From an uncultured Fibrobacteria bacterium (lineage in GTDB: Bacteria; Fibrobacterota; Fibrobacteria; UBA5070): a stretch of DNA of 40,857 bases. Both the position numbers and the translations under genes were made by a program. The stretch covers positions 1 through 40,857 of the forward strand of contig CAYXXL010000001.1 of assembly GCA_964469025.1 (NCBI GenBank), read 5' to 3'. The notes beneath the pieces are model-generated. The model ran no database searches, had not been told where the DNA came from, and saw nothing but the letters and a program-made list of their open reading frames with translations. Positions 8,002 through 16,808 of the stretch are shown one piece after another; within the stretch, counting starts at the first letter, position 1; each line of letters begins with the position of its first letter.

Positions 8002-8059
8002 GGGGCCACGCGGTCGGCCCCTTGGCCGGGGTACAGGGGCCCGGCGGCCCTTGTACATC
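8002..8059 (+). repeat. GC-rich palindromic repeat, copy B
   Basis: 56 of 58 positions are identical to 9654-9711. Hairpins: ccaaggggcc/ggccccttgg (7998-8025, perfect 10 bp) and gtacaggggcc/ggcccttgtac (8031-8056, one mismatch). Confidence 0.85.
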
Positions 8060-8113
8060 GAGGCTGCACCGCCAGGCGCAACAAAGCCCCGCGCAGCGAA
8101 AGGTCCCCGTACG

Positions 8114-8713
8114 TCAGGACGGAAACCCGCAGAACGGATCATCCTTCCCGTCCTCGTTCCAGACGTGCTCGAGCGCAGCCGCGACCTTGCGGGCGACTTC
8201 CGGTCGGATCTTGTCCGCCACGAACCCCAGCGCCATGTCGATCCCCGCGGTGATCCCGGACGAGGTCCAGAACTTGCCGTCCACGACCCAGGGCGCCTTG
8301 CGGATCCAGCGGACCTTTGGTCCCTGCGTCACCACCCAGTCCCACGCCAACTTGTTGCTGGTCGCCTCGCGGCCATCCAGCAACCCCGCCCGGGCCAGCA
8401 GGGCCGATCCGGTGCAGACGCTCAGGACCGTTCCCGCCTTCTCGACAATCCCTCGCAGGAGATCCAGGAAGGGCGCATCCTCCACCAGTCCCCGCGTCCC
8501 GAGTCCACCGGGCACCAGCAGGATGTCGCTTTCCAGGACCTCCTCCACCGGCTGGGTGTCCACCCTGGCTCCAGTGGAACTGGTCACCAGTCCCCCGTTG
8601 CGAGAGTGGTAGGAGATGCAGAACTGCCCCTCCAGCTTGGAAAACACCTCGGTGGGGCCCATGGCATCCAACGTCGTGAACCCGTCGAAAAGAAGGACAT
8701 GGATGTGTTGCAT
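8114..8713 (-). CDS. DJ-1/PfpI family protein (class I glutamine amidotransferase-like fold)
   Basis: 199 aa with an ATG start. Diagnostic stretches are MQHIHVLLFDGFTTLDAMGP, LLVPGG, the nucleophile elbow VLSVCTGSALLA, and TSSGITAGIDMAL. Confidence 0.8.
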   Translation of the reverse strand: MQHIHVLLFDGFTTLDAMGPTEVFSKLEGQFCISYHSRNGGLVTSSTGARVDTQPVEEVLESDILLVPGGLGTRGLVEDAPFLDLLRGIVEKAGTVLSVCTGSALLARAGLLDGREATSNKLAWDWVVTQGPKVRWIRKAPWVVDGKFWTSSGITAGIDMALGFVADKIRPEVARKVAAALEHVWNEDGKDDPFCGFPS

Positions 8714-8739
8714 GCGAGACCCTCCTCAAGGGAGAAAAT

Positions 8740-8848
8740 GCCTTCGGCCGTGGCGCTGCACTCGCTTCGCACAGGTGCCTGCCGCGGCCCCTGTACCCCT
8801 GCCGATCTCTGCCGGGCTCGCGTTGGCCCCTTCGGGGCCTCGCTCGGC
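8740..8848 (-). repeat. GC-rich palindromic repeat, copy C (inverted relative to B and D)
   Basis: Collinear with the two ends of copy A. Its reverse complement aligns with B and D around GGGGTACAGGGGCC. It contains a ggcccc-ttc-ggggcc hairpin. Confidence 0.7.
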
Positions 8849-8866
8849 TGGACGGTTTCTCGACGC

Positions 8867-9266
8867 CTACGACTGCATTCCGCCCGGAAGATCGCCGTGT
8901 ACTCGACTGTACAAGGCCTGCAAAGAGACGACAATTTCCCTTCGTGGAAGCGGATCGCTGTCTTCGGGCAATCCGTCGTATCGAAATTGGACCGCGAACG
9001 AAGTCCAACGGGTCAAAGGCCATAGCGGCGCAGGGTCTACACCCAATCTTTCGAGAATCGGAATCAACTTCCCGAGATCATGCGTCGGTGGATATTCTCC
9101 GCCGAGCCGTGAAATCCAAGCCTTCAACGCCTTTTCCGTAGGCCTGCTGCGCATGAAATTCGAAAATCTCCTCGGCGAGTTCCTTGGAATATTCGAAGAT
9201 TTCGAGAGCCCGGAGATCCTTCCGACCCATCTCCAGGATGGACTCCCATTCCTCAGACATGCCCAT
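8867..9266 (-). pseudogene. HEPN domain protein (MNT partner, TA toxin-like) interrupted by a frameshift
   Basis: Two overlapping ORFs in different frames: 9078..9266 (..EIFEFHAQQAYGKGVEGL) and 8867..9154 (..TEKALKAWISRLGGEYPPTHDLGKL..FRYDG). Removing 1 nt within 9137-9140 restores FHAQQA-x-EKALKAW. The start overlaps the MNT gene by 14 nt. Confidence 0.7.
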
Positions 9267-9600
9267 GCAGGAGGCGTCTTTCGCGCAAGGCGCGGGCGAT
9301 CACGTGGTTGAGGGAATTTCGTCGCGCTTGGACCTCCTGCGGCGTGTAGAGCAGAAGGTCGACGCCCATGGGAAGCACGGAAAGTTCCCGGTAGATCCGG
9401 CCCAGGATTTCGTATCCGGGAGACCCTCCCAACGCATCCTTCCCAGCCACGATCAGAAGATCCATGTCCGAACCAGGATGGCTGTCACCCCGAGCTTGCG
9501 ACCCGAAAAGGATGATGGCCTCCGCTTCGAGATGCGCCAGCACTGCCCGGACGACCAGATCGAGTTCCATCTGCGTTGCGGTGGCCATGGCCGAAAACAT
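9253..9600 (-). CDS. Nucleotidyltransferase (MNT-type antitoxin-like)
   Basis: 115 aa. ILFGSQARGDSHPGSDMDLLIV is the GSxxRG..D.D minimal nucleotidyltransferase signature. It sits upstream of the HEPN gene and overlaps it. Confidence 0.8.
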   Translation of the reverse strand: MFSAMATATQMELDLVVRAVLAHLEAEAIILFGSQARGDSHPGSDMDLLIVAGKDALGGSPGYEILGRIYRELSVLPMGVDLLLYTPQEVQARRNSLNHVIARALRERRLLHGHV

Positions 9601-9653
9601 ACACCGGCGCTCCGCTTGGACCTGCGGTCGTCGCGCTTCGCTTGCTTCGCACC

Positions 9654-9711
9654 GGGGTCACGCGGTCGGCCCTTTGGCCGGGGTACAGGGGCCCGGCGGC
9701 CCTTGTACATC
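9654..9711 (+). repeat. GC-rich palindromic repeat, copy D
   Basis: 56 of 58 positions are identical to copy B. Hairpin gtacaggggcc/ggcccttgtac at 9683-9708. It lies between the hemW stop and the MNT start. Confidence 0.85.
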
Positions 9712-9749
9712 CAAAGCCGCGCCGCGAGGCGAAAGGCCGACAGGAATCC

Positions 9750-10874
9750 TCATCCCGACAACTCCACCGCGATTGCGTCCAAAACCAGCCACCCGTCGCC
9801 CACCAGGCGGACCCGTTCTTCCACCACTTCCACATGCCCGGCGGCGATACGCCTCGCGATGGCCGCACGAGGCATTTTCCTGGGGAATTCCCGCGCGAGC
9901 CGTTCCATGTCCACGCCCCGCGCCTGCCGCAGGCCCAGGAACCACTCCTCGGTCCAGCGCTGCTCCGTGTCCAAGTCCTCCGCGATCAGGCCCTCCAGCG
10001 GAAAGCCCTGGTCGGCCCAGTCGTACCACGCGGAAAGTCCCCTGGGGTTGCGCCAGCGAAGGTGCGGCGTGTATCCGTGCGCCGCGTTTCCCGCGGCGAG
10101 CCATGCCGAACCGGTGTCCCAGTAGGCCTCGTTGTGGCGGCATTCCTCGCCCGGCATGGCGAAATTCGAGACCTCGTAGCGTTGGATTCCGGTGGCGGCC
10201 AGCCGTTGGACACCCCGGAAATACATGTCCGCGTAGAGGTCCTCGTGTGCCTCCGACAGCCTTCCGGCCTCGTGCTCCTTCCAGAAATCGGTTCCCGGTT
10301 CCAAGGTCAGACCGTAGAACGACACGTGCGAGGGCTTCCACGAAAGCAAAGCATCCAGCGACGACAGGAACTGTTCCAGCGTCTGTCCCGGCAGCGCGAA
10401 GATGAGGTCCGCGCTCCAGCGAAGGCCCGATGCGGCCACGAGGTCCAGCGCCTCCCGGGCCTGGTCGGCGTCGTGGGCGCGGCCCATGCGGGAAAGCAGG
10501 GCGGGCTCGAAGGACTGCACGCCCAGCGAGATCCGGTTCACGCCAAGGTCTCGGGCCACCTCCAGCTTGCCCGGCGTCAGCGAGAGGGGATTCGCCTCCA
10601 TGGACCACTCGGCGGCGGCGTCTAGTCGGAAATTGTCCAACACGGCGCGGCACAGCCGTTCCAGGCCCGCCTCGGAAAGGGCCGAAGGGGTTCCGCCTCC
10701 GAAGAACACCGACCGGATCGGACCGGTCGCCTGGCTCCCCCGCAGCTCCAGTTCCCGCTCGATGCGATCCAGCCACTGGGGTTCCTCCCGACCGCGGTCC
10801 GCCCACGAGGCGAAGTCGCAGTAGGCGCACTTCCGCTCGCAGAAGGGAACGTGGACGTAGAGGGACTGGGTCAA
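9750..10874 (-). CDS. hemW: Radical SAM family heme chaperone HemW (HemN-like)
   Basis: YVHVPFCERKCAYCDF (CxxxCxxC), FFGGGTPS and HNEAYW. ORF 9750..11129 is trimmed to TTG 10874, 1 nt after the ftsZ stop. The longer N-terminus overlaps ftsZ. The start is uncertain. Confidence 0.8.
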   Translation of the reverse strand: MTQSLYVHVPFCERKCAYCDFASWADRGREEPQWLDRIERELELRGSQATGPIRSVFFGGGTPSALSEAGLERLCRAVLDNFRLDAAAEWSMEANPLSLTPGKLEVARDLGVNRISLGVQSFEPALLSRMGRAHDADQAREALDLVAASGLRWSADLIFALPGQTLEQFLSSLDALLSWKPSHVSFYGLTLEPGTDFWKEHEAGRLSEAHEDLYADMYFRGVQRLAATGIQRYEVSNFAMPGEECRHNEAYWDTGSAWLAAGNAAHGYTPHLRWRNPRGLSAWYDWADQGFPLEGLIAEDLDTEQRWTEEWFLGLRQARGVDMERLAREFPRKMPRAAIARRIAAGHVEVVEERVRLVGDGWLVLDAIAVELSG

Positions 10875-10875
10875 A

Positions 10876-12228
10876 TCACCCGCGCTGGCGCAGGTAGGCG
10901 GGCGTGTCGATGTTTTCGTCCATGGCGTCGTCCAGGTCGGGCACGAAGATCCCGCGCGGGCGGTTCTGGGAAAGGGGCGCCACCGCCACCTGCGACCCCG
11001 AAGGCTCGCGGCGGGCGGCGGGTCGCGGTGCGGGAGCGGCCACCGGCATGGACCCCGAAGGGCGTTGGGCCCGGATGGTCCCGGATCCTTCCTGGGTCGC
11101 GGGCTGCTGCTGCCACGGGCTCCAGGCACCGGTGTTGCCCGGTTGGGCCGGGACCTGGGGCTGCGCTTGGGGCTGCTGGCGCCACGATGCCGCGGGCGCG
11201 GGCTGCGATGCCTGCGAGGGGGCCGCGTACGTCGGCATGCCGTTGGTCTGGGGCAGATTCTGCATGTCCGGATCGAATCCGGTGGCGATGAGGGTGACGC
11301 GGAACTCGTCAGTGGCGTCGTCGTCCCCGAATCCGAAGATGATGTTCTCCTCGTTTTCCTCGCCCATGGCGTCGCGGAAATATTCCATGACCTCGTTGAT
11401 CTCGTGGGCCAGGATGGAACCTCCGGTGATGTTCACCAGCATCCCGGTGGCCCCGCGGATGTCCACGGCGTCCAGGAGCGGGCAGTGCAGGGCCTGCTCG
11501 GCGGCCATGCGTCCGCGGTTCTCGCCGCTCGCGCTTCCGGATCCCATCAGGGCCTGGCCGGAATTGCGCATGATCGCGGAGACGTCCGCGAAGTCCACGT
11601 TCATGTCGCCCGGACGCAGGATCATCTCGGAGATGCCGCGCGCGGCGTTGTACAGCACGTCGTCGGCGGTGCGGAAGGCTTCGCGCATGGTCATGTTCTT
11701 GGCCGCCACGGACAGCAGCCGCTGGTTGGGGATCACGATGATGGTGTCCACGCTGGCGCGCAGGAGTTCCAGGCCCTGGCGGGCGTTGCGCTTGCGCACG
11801 GCTCCTTCCCAGTCGAAGGGCCTTGTGACCACGGCCACCGTGAGGATGCCCAGTTCGCGGGCGATTTCCGCGACCACGGGTGCCGCGCCGGTGCCGGTGC
11901 CACCGCCCATCCCGGCGGTGATGAACACCATGTCGGCGCCCTTGAGCCGCTCGGCGACCTCCTCGGCGCTCTCCTCCATGGACTGGCGTCCCCGGTCGGG
12001 GTTGGCCCCCGCGCCCAAGCCGCGGGTGGTGTTGGTCCCGATCTGGATCTTCACGTCGGCCAGGTTGCGTTCCAGCACCTGAAGATCCGTGTTCACGGAG
12101 ATGAATTCCACGCCGCGCAGGCCGGCCTCGATCATGCGGTTGACGGCGTTGCCGCCGGCTCCCCCGACGCCCACGACCTTGATGCGGGCGGGGCTCGACT
12201 CGCGGATGCTTTCGAGTTCGAAGTTCAT
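10876..12228 (-). CDS. ftsZ: Cell division protein FtsZ
   Basis: VVGVGGAGGNAVNRM, GLGAGANP, FITAGMGGGTGTGAAP, a long P/Q-rich linker and the C-terminal DIPAYLR-like DTPAYLRQRG. AGGAGA lies upstream of the ATG. Confidence 0.97.
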   Translation of the reverse strand: MNFELESIRESSPARIKVVGVGGAGGNAVNRMIEAGLRGVEFISVNTDLQVLERNLADVKIQIGTNTTRGLGAGANPDRGRQSMEESAEEVAERLKGADMVFITAGMGGGTGTGAAPVVAEIARELGILTVAVVTRPFDWEGAVRKRNARQGLELLRASVDTIIVIPNQRLLSVAAKNMTMREAFRTADDVLYNAARGISEMILRPGDMNVDFADVSAIMRNSGQALMGSGSASGENRGRMAAEQALHCPLLDAVDIRGATGMLVNITGGSILAHEINEVMEYFRDAMGEENEENIIFGFGDDDATDEFRVTLIATGFDPDMQNLPQTNGMPTYAAPSQASQPAPAASWRQQPQAQPQVPAQPGNTGAWSPWQQQPATQEGSGTIRAQRPSGSMPVAAPAPRPAARREPSGSQVAVAPLSQNRPRGIFVPDLDDAMDENIDTPAYLRQRG

Positions 12229-12281
12229 GGTGGTTCTCCTGTGGTGGTTCTGCGTGAGGGTTCTTTATGTGTCGGAATTTG

Positions 12282-13532
12282 TCAGAAGTATCGGGATACC
12301 CAGCGCGACATGCGCTGGAAGACGTCCTTGAGGCGGTCGCCCCCCGGCCCGCCCTGGGCCTGGTTGCCGGAACCGCCGGCGTCGGCACGCCCGTAGAGCA
12401 CGAGTCCCACGCCGGTCGCGTGCTTGGGAGTGGATGCGGATTCGACCAGCCCGCCGAAGCCGCGCGGGGCGCCCAGACGCACCGGAAGCCCGATCACGTG
12501 GCTCGCGAGTTCGGCCGCTCCGGGAAGGAGCGAGCCCCCTCCCGTGAGCACCACTCCGGCTCCCAGCTGGACCTGCGAGCCCAGGGCCCGCAGTTCCGCG
12601 CCCACCCCTCGGTAGATCTCGACCATGCGGGGCTCGATGATGGCCGCCAGTTCCAGGCGGGTGAGTTCGCGCTGGTCCAGCGCGCCCACCCCGGGAACCA
12701 CGAAGCACTCCTCGCGCGCCACCAGGGCCTGCATCGCGCAGCCGTGCTTCTTCTTCACCTCTTCGGCCCGCCCCTTGGGCACCTTGAGCCCGTAGGCGAC
12801 GTCGGTGGTCACCAGATCCCCCCCGATGGGGAGCGAACTGGTGTGGCGGATGCAGGACCCCGTGAACAGGGCCAGGTCGGTGGTGCCCCCGCCGATGTCC
12901 ACCATGGCCACTCCCATCTCCTTCTCGTCCTCGTCCAGGACCGCGATGGAGGAGGCCAGGGGTTCCAGGACGATGTCCGCGACGCGCAGCCCGGCCCCTT
13001 CCACGGCCTGCAACAGGCTCTGGACCTTGGCGACGTCCCCGGTCACGATGTGGACCTCGCCTTCCAGGCGGACTCCGGTCATGCCCACGGGGTCCAGGAT
13101 CCCGGGCTGTTCGTCGACCACGAACGTCTGCGGAACCACGTGCAGCATCTTGCGGCCGGGAGGCAGCGGAACGGCTTGGGCGGCCTCGATCACCCGGTCC
13201 ACGTCCATCTGCGCGATGACACCTCCCTTGCGGCTCACGGCGATCACTCCGCGGCTGTTCTTGGCCTGGATGTGCGCGCCCGCGATGCCCACGAACACGT
13301 CCTGGACGTCCACGCCGCTCATGAGCTCCGCTTCTTCCACCGCCTTGCGGATGCTTTCCACGGTCTTCTGGATGTTCATGACCACGCCTCGGCGCAGTCC
13401 CGTGCAGACCTCGGTTCCCACGCCGATGATGTCCACCCGGCCGTCCTTCCCGACTTCCCCGATGATGGCGCAGACCTTGGTGGTCCCGATGTCGAGCCCG
13501 GTCACGATCCGGCCTTGGGTCTGGGATCGCAT
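12282..13532 (-). CDS. ftsA: Cell division protein FtsA
   Basis: Internal ATG 13532 with GGAGGAG upstream gives MRSQTQGRIVTGLDIGTTKVCAIIGEV. The sequence also has VDIGGGTTD. Confidence 0.93.
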   Translation of the reverse strand: MRSQTQGRIVTGLDIGTTKVCAIIGEVGKDGRVDIIGVGTEVCTGLRRGVVMNIQKTVESIRKAVEEAELMSGVDVQDVFVGIAGAHIQAKNSRGVIAVSRKGGVIAQMDVDRVIEAAQAVPLPPGRKMLHVVPQTFVVDEQPGILDPVGMTGVRLEGEVHIVTGDVAKVQSLLQAVEGAGLRVADIVLEPLASSIAVLDEDEKEMGVAMVDIGGGTTDLALFTGSCIRHTSSLPIGGDLVTTDVAYGLKVPKGRAEEVKKKHGCAMQALVAREECFVVPGVGALDQRELTRLELAAIIEPRMVEIYRGVGAELRALGSQVQLGAGVVLTGGGSLLPGAAELASHVIGLPVRLGAPRGFGGLVESASTPKHATGVGLVLYGRADAGGSGNQAQGGPGGDRLKDVFQRMSRWVSRYF

Positions 13533-14374
13533 CACGCTCCTCCTTCCGCGCGGCGCAGGGCCACGCACGACCCGTGCCGCAGGTCGATCTCCGAGAAGAG
13601 GGCGGCGCGATCCCCCAGCTCCCGTCGCAACGCCACCCACCGGGCCAGCGCGCGTTTCCAATCCTCGGGACGCACGAGGAGCCGGGGAGAACCCGCTCCC
13701 CCGTCTAGTTCGATGCTGCCGTCGCGGAAGACCCACGCCTGGGCGAAATCCGTCCAGCCCTCGGCCTCCATCCGCCCGATCGCCACCAGGGCAGGCGCGA
13801 GCAGGGCTGGAGACAGGCGGCCTCCGGAAACGTCCCCGGACAGCAGGTGCGGCAGGACCGCATCGCCGCGTCGGGGGAGCACGGTGCCGTCGGCGGCGAT
13901 CCAACGCCCGGTTCCCAGGTCCGCCACGGGAATCCTTTCCCGGATCTCCAGGCGGACGCCGTGCGGCCACCGGCGATGGGCCTTCGCATCCAGGATCCAA
14001 GGGTCGGCGAGCAGGCGGTCGCGGGCCTTCGACAGGTCTTGCCGCGCCAGGCTCGTCCCCCAGACCAGTCCCGAGGACACCGCCACCCCTCCGGGGTCTT
14101 CGCGGTGCGCCCCGCGGACTTCCACGGCGGCAAGACCCGTCCAGCGCGGGTCCGTGGCGAGCTTCCAGGCGACGGAGATCGCCGCGACGCCCGCGGCGGC
14201 CACGAGGATCGAGACGAATGCCTTGACGAAATTCGACTTCGCCTTGGCCGCGAACCGCGACCGGGCGACGGATCGGTTGGACTGGCGGGTGACCTCCTGG
14301 ATCCTGGCGTTGGTGCCTTGCCGTGGTGTCAGCGTCCCGGACGGCGGCCGGTGCAGGACGGATGGGCCGATCAC
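13532..14374 (-). CDS. ftsQ: Cell division protein FtsQ (TM plus POTRA)
   Basis: GTG 14374 overlaps the murC stop (GTGA). The TM segment is FVSILVAAAGVAAISVAW. The POTRA-like stretch is VEVRG...LLADPWILDAKAHRRWPHGVRLEIRERIPVA. The start is tentative. Confidence 0.75.
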   Translation of the reverse strand: MIGPSVLHRPPSGTLTPRQGTNARIQEVTRQSNRSVARSRFAAKAKSNFVKAFVSILVAAAGVAAISVAWKLATDPRWTGLAAVEVRGAHREDPGGVAVSSGLVWGTSLARQDLSKARDRLLADPWILDAKAHRRWPHGVRLEIRERIPVADLGTGRWIAADGTVLPRRGDAVLPHLLSGDVSGGRLSPALLAPALVAIGRMEAEGWTDFAQAWVFRDGSIELDGGAGSPRLLVRPEDWKRALARWVALRRELGDRAALFSEIDLRHGSCVALRRAEGGA

Positions 14375-15732
14375 GGGGTCGCCTCCACCATGTCTGCGGC
14401 CCAGGAGCCCACGTCGCCCGCGCCCACGAACAGCAGGTTCCACGCGCCGGATCTGGCGGCGGCCCGCAGGCGGGACACGGCCTCTTCCCGCCCCGATACG
14501 AGCTCCACCGCCGAACCGACCGACGCGCGGGACACGATGGCTTCCGAGGAGGAGCCCTGGTCGGGGGTTTCGCGCGCCGCGTAGACCGGAGCCACCAGGG
14601 CCAGGTCCGCGTGCCCCAGCGCCCGCGCGAATCCTTCCGCGAAATGGGCCGTGCGCGAGTAGAGGTGGGGCTGGAAGACCAGGCCGATCCGGCGCTCGGG
14701 CGAGGACTCGCGGAGCGCCTGGAGGGTGGCCTCGATTTCGGTGGGGTGGTGGGCGTAGTCGTCGTAGACGGGATTGCCCAACACGGTCCCCACTAGGTCC
14801 AGCCGGCGGCGCGCGCCGCGAAAGCCCTCGAGCGATCGGGCGGCGGTCGCGGGGTCCACGCCCTCGATGGAGGCCATCGCCATCGCCGCCAGTGCGTTTT
14901 GGCGGTTGTGCCGTCCGGGGATCCCCAGGACCAGCCTGGCGACGGAACGCCCCCCGGAAAGGACCTCGGTGAAACCGTCGGGCGTTTCCACCCCCCGCAG
15001 GTCGGCGGCGTCGGAAAAACCGTACGTCAGGACCTGGACGGGGGATGCCTGGCGCAGGGAAAGGGAGCCCGGATCGTCGGCACAGAGGACCGCGCGGCCG
15101 TGGAAGGGCAGGCGTGACAGGAACTGTTCGAAGGCCCCGCGCAGATCGGCGAGGTCCCTGTAGCAGTCCAGGTGGTCTTCTTCCAGGTTGGTCACCAGGG
15201 CCGTGTCCGGGTGGAGTCGCAGGAAGGTCCGGTCGAATTCGTCGGTCTCCACCACCAGCGGTCCCGCGGCGTCGGACCGCAGGACGTCGCGGGGATCGGT
15301 CGGGACCCCGCCGGGGAGAACGCAGGGATCCATTCCGGCCTCCCGGAGGATCCGTCCCAGCATGAGCGTGGTGGTGGTCTTGCCGTGGGTGCCCGCGACG
15401 CAAAGCGATCTCGAGGAGCGGGTCGCCTCGCCCAGGGCTTCGGCTCGGCGGACCACCAGGACCCCCGCCGCCCGGGCCGCGACCACCTCGGGATGGTCGG
15501 TGCCCACCGCGCTGGATCGCACCACCAGGTCGGAAGCCGCGGCGAGCTTCGGGTCGTGCCCCGCGCGGGCGTCGACCCCCAGGGAACGCAGCCACCGCAG
15601 GTTGTCCGATTCCTGTCGATCGGTCCCGGTCACGCGAAATCCCCTGGTCGCGTGCCAAGCGGCCAGCGGAGCCATTCCCGCGCCGCCGATCCCGGTGAAG
15701 TGGAGTCTCGGAAACAGGTGGAGGGGAATCAT
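14371..15732 (-). CDS. murC: UDP-N-acetylmuramate--L-alanine ligase
   Basis: MIPLHLFPRLHFTGIGGAGMAPLA and the P-loop VAGTHGKTTTT. ATG 15732 overlaps the murG stop (ATGA). Confidence 0.93.
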   Translation of the reverse strand: MIPLHLFPRLHFTGIGGAGMAPLAAWHATRGFRVTGTDRQESDNLRWLRSLGVDARAGHDPKLAAASDLVVRSSAVGTDHPEVVAARAAGVLVVRRAEALGEATRSSRSLCVAGTHGKTTTTLMLGRILREAGMDPCVLPGGVPTDPRDVLRSDAAGPLVVETDEFDRTFLRLHPDTALVTNLEEDHLDCYRDLADLRGAFEQFLSRLPFHGRAVLCADDPGSLSLRQASPVQVLTYGFSDAADLRGVETPDGFTEVLSGGRSVARLVLGIPGRHNRQNALAAMAMASIEGVDPATAARSLEGFRGARRRLDLVGTVLGNPVYDDYAHHPTEIEATLQALRESSPERRIGLVFQPHLYSRTAHFAEGFARALGHADLALVAPVYAARETPDQGSSSEAIVSRASVGSAVELVSGREEAVSRLRAAARSGAWNLLFVGAGDVGSWAADMVEATP

Positions 15733-16808
15733 CCGATCCCCCTTCGCGCTGCGTCGGCCACGGCGTCGGCGATGCGGTTCGCGCAATCCGGCCGCGCGAA
15801 GGACAGCATGGCGCGGGAGGCCGAGGATCGCCGCTCCCGGAGCCGTTCCACCGCGCGGACCGCGTCCCCCACCGAGTAGCCGGATTCCGTCAACACCGCC
15901 GCCGCACCCGCGGACTCGAATTCGCGCGCGTTGATCTCCTGGTGGTTTCCCGTCGCCGACGGGAAGGGGACGAGCACGGAAGGCAGTCCATGGAGGGCGA
16001 GTTCGGCCAGGGTGCTCGCGCCGGAGCGGGTCAAGGCCAGGTCGGCCGCACCGAAAGCGCCGTAGACGTCGGACACGAAGGCCTCGACCTTGGCCTGGGG
16101 CAGCCCTTCCGCGGCTTCGCGCGCCCTCGCGAGCCCTTCGGCGCCCGTCTGCCAGAGGATGCGCCAGCCCCGTTCCACCAGGGCGCGGATCTCCGAGGCC
16201 AGGATGCGGTTGACTCCCCGCGCGCCCTGGCTGCCGCCGATCACCACCAGATACTTGTCGGAATCCGTCAAACCAAGGGCCACCCTCAGATCGTTGCGCT
16301 TCCTTCCATCCAGGGGCCGGACGGGATTGCCCACCGCCTCGGCGCCGTGCAGTCGCGCCGCCCCGGCCGGAGAACCGGCGAAGACGCGATCGGCCAACCT
16401 GGCCAGGAGCCGATTGGCGACTCCGGGGTAGCTGTTGGATTCGTGGACGAGGAGAGGGATCCCCGACATTCTCGCCGCGAACCCGGTCGGAAGGCTCACG
16501 TAGCCGCCGGTCGCGAATACGGCCCCCGGCGCCTCCTGGCGGATCGCGGTCTTCGCCGCGGAAAGGGAGATCAAGAAGGACGCGGGCAGGCTGGCGTTGG
16601 TCCACCATCGGGATCGGCGCAGCGGGACGGCCCGCACCCCGCGAAACCGGTAGCCCGCGTCCAGGGACCACTTCTCCTCGGGACTGCCGGGTCGACCCAC
16701 GACCACGATTTCCGCGTCGTGCCGCTCCTGGAGGGCGCGCCCCACGGAAAGGGCCGGAAACACGTGCCCTCCCGTTCCTCCGCAGGCCAATGCCACCTTC
16801 AGGCCCAT
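15729..16808 (-). CDS. murG: UDP-N-acetylglucosamine--N-acetylmuramyl-(pentapeptide) pyrophosphoryl-undecaprenol GlcNAc transferase
   Basis: MGLKVALACGGTGGHVFPALSV. The ATG start at 16808 overlaps the ftsW 3' end by 10 nt. Confidence 0.93.
   Translation of the reverse strand: MGLKVALACGGTGGHVFPALSVGRALQERHDAEIVVVGRPGSPEEKWSLDAGYRFRGVRAVPLRRSRWWTNASLPASFLISLSAAKTAIRQEAPGAVFATGGYVSLPTGFAARMSGIPLLVHESNSYPGVANRLLARLADRVFAGSPAGAARLHGAEAVGNPVRPLDGRKRNDLRVALGLTDSDKYLVVIGGSQGARGVNRILASEIRALVERGWRILWQTGAEGLARAREAAEGLPQAKVEAFVSDVYGAFGAADLALTRSGASTLAELALHGLPSVLVPFPSATGNHQEINAREFESAGAAAVLTESGYSVGDAVRAVERLRERRSSASRAMLSFARPDCANRIADAVADAARRGIG

Noticed and set aside
3109-9711. CRISPR array
   Set aside because: The repeats are 58-260 bp and strongly palindromic. 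They are irregularly spaced at 0.6-4.6 kb and separated by full-length genes. No cas genes are present.
3094-9749. Integron gene-cassette array with the palindromic repeats acting as attC sites
   Set aside because: - No intI-type integrase, attI or Pc is in the window.
- The repeat copies occur in both orientations (A and C inverted relative to B and D) although all genes point the same way.
- I could not find consistent RYYYAAC/GTTRRRY core pairs at the repeat ends. Only isolated near-matches such as GTTGGGT occur, around 3384-3390.
- One copy follows the core gene hemW.

This is still worth a run of IntegronFinder.
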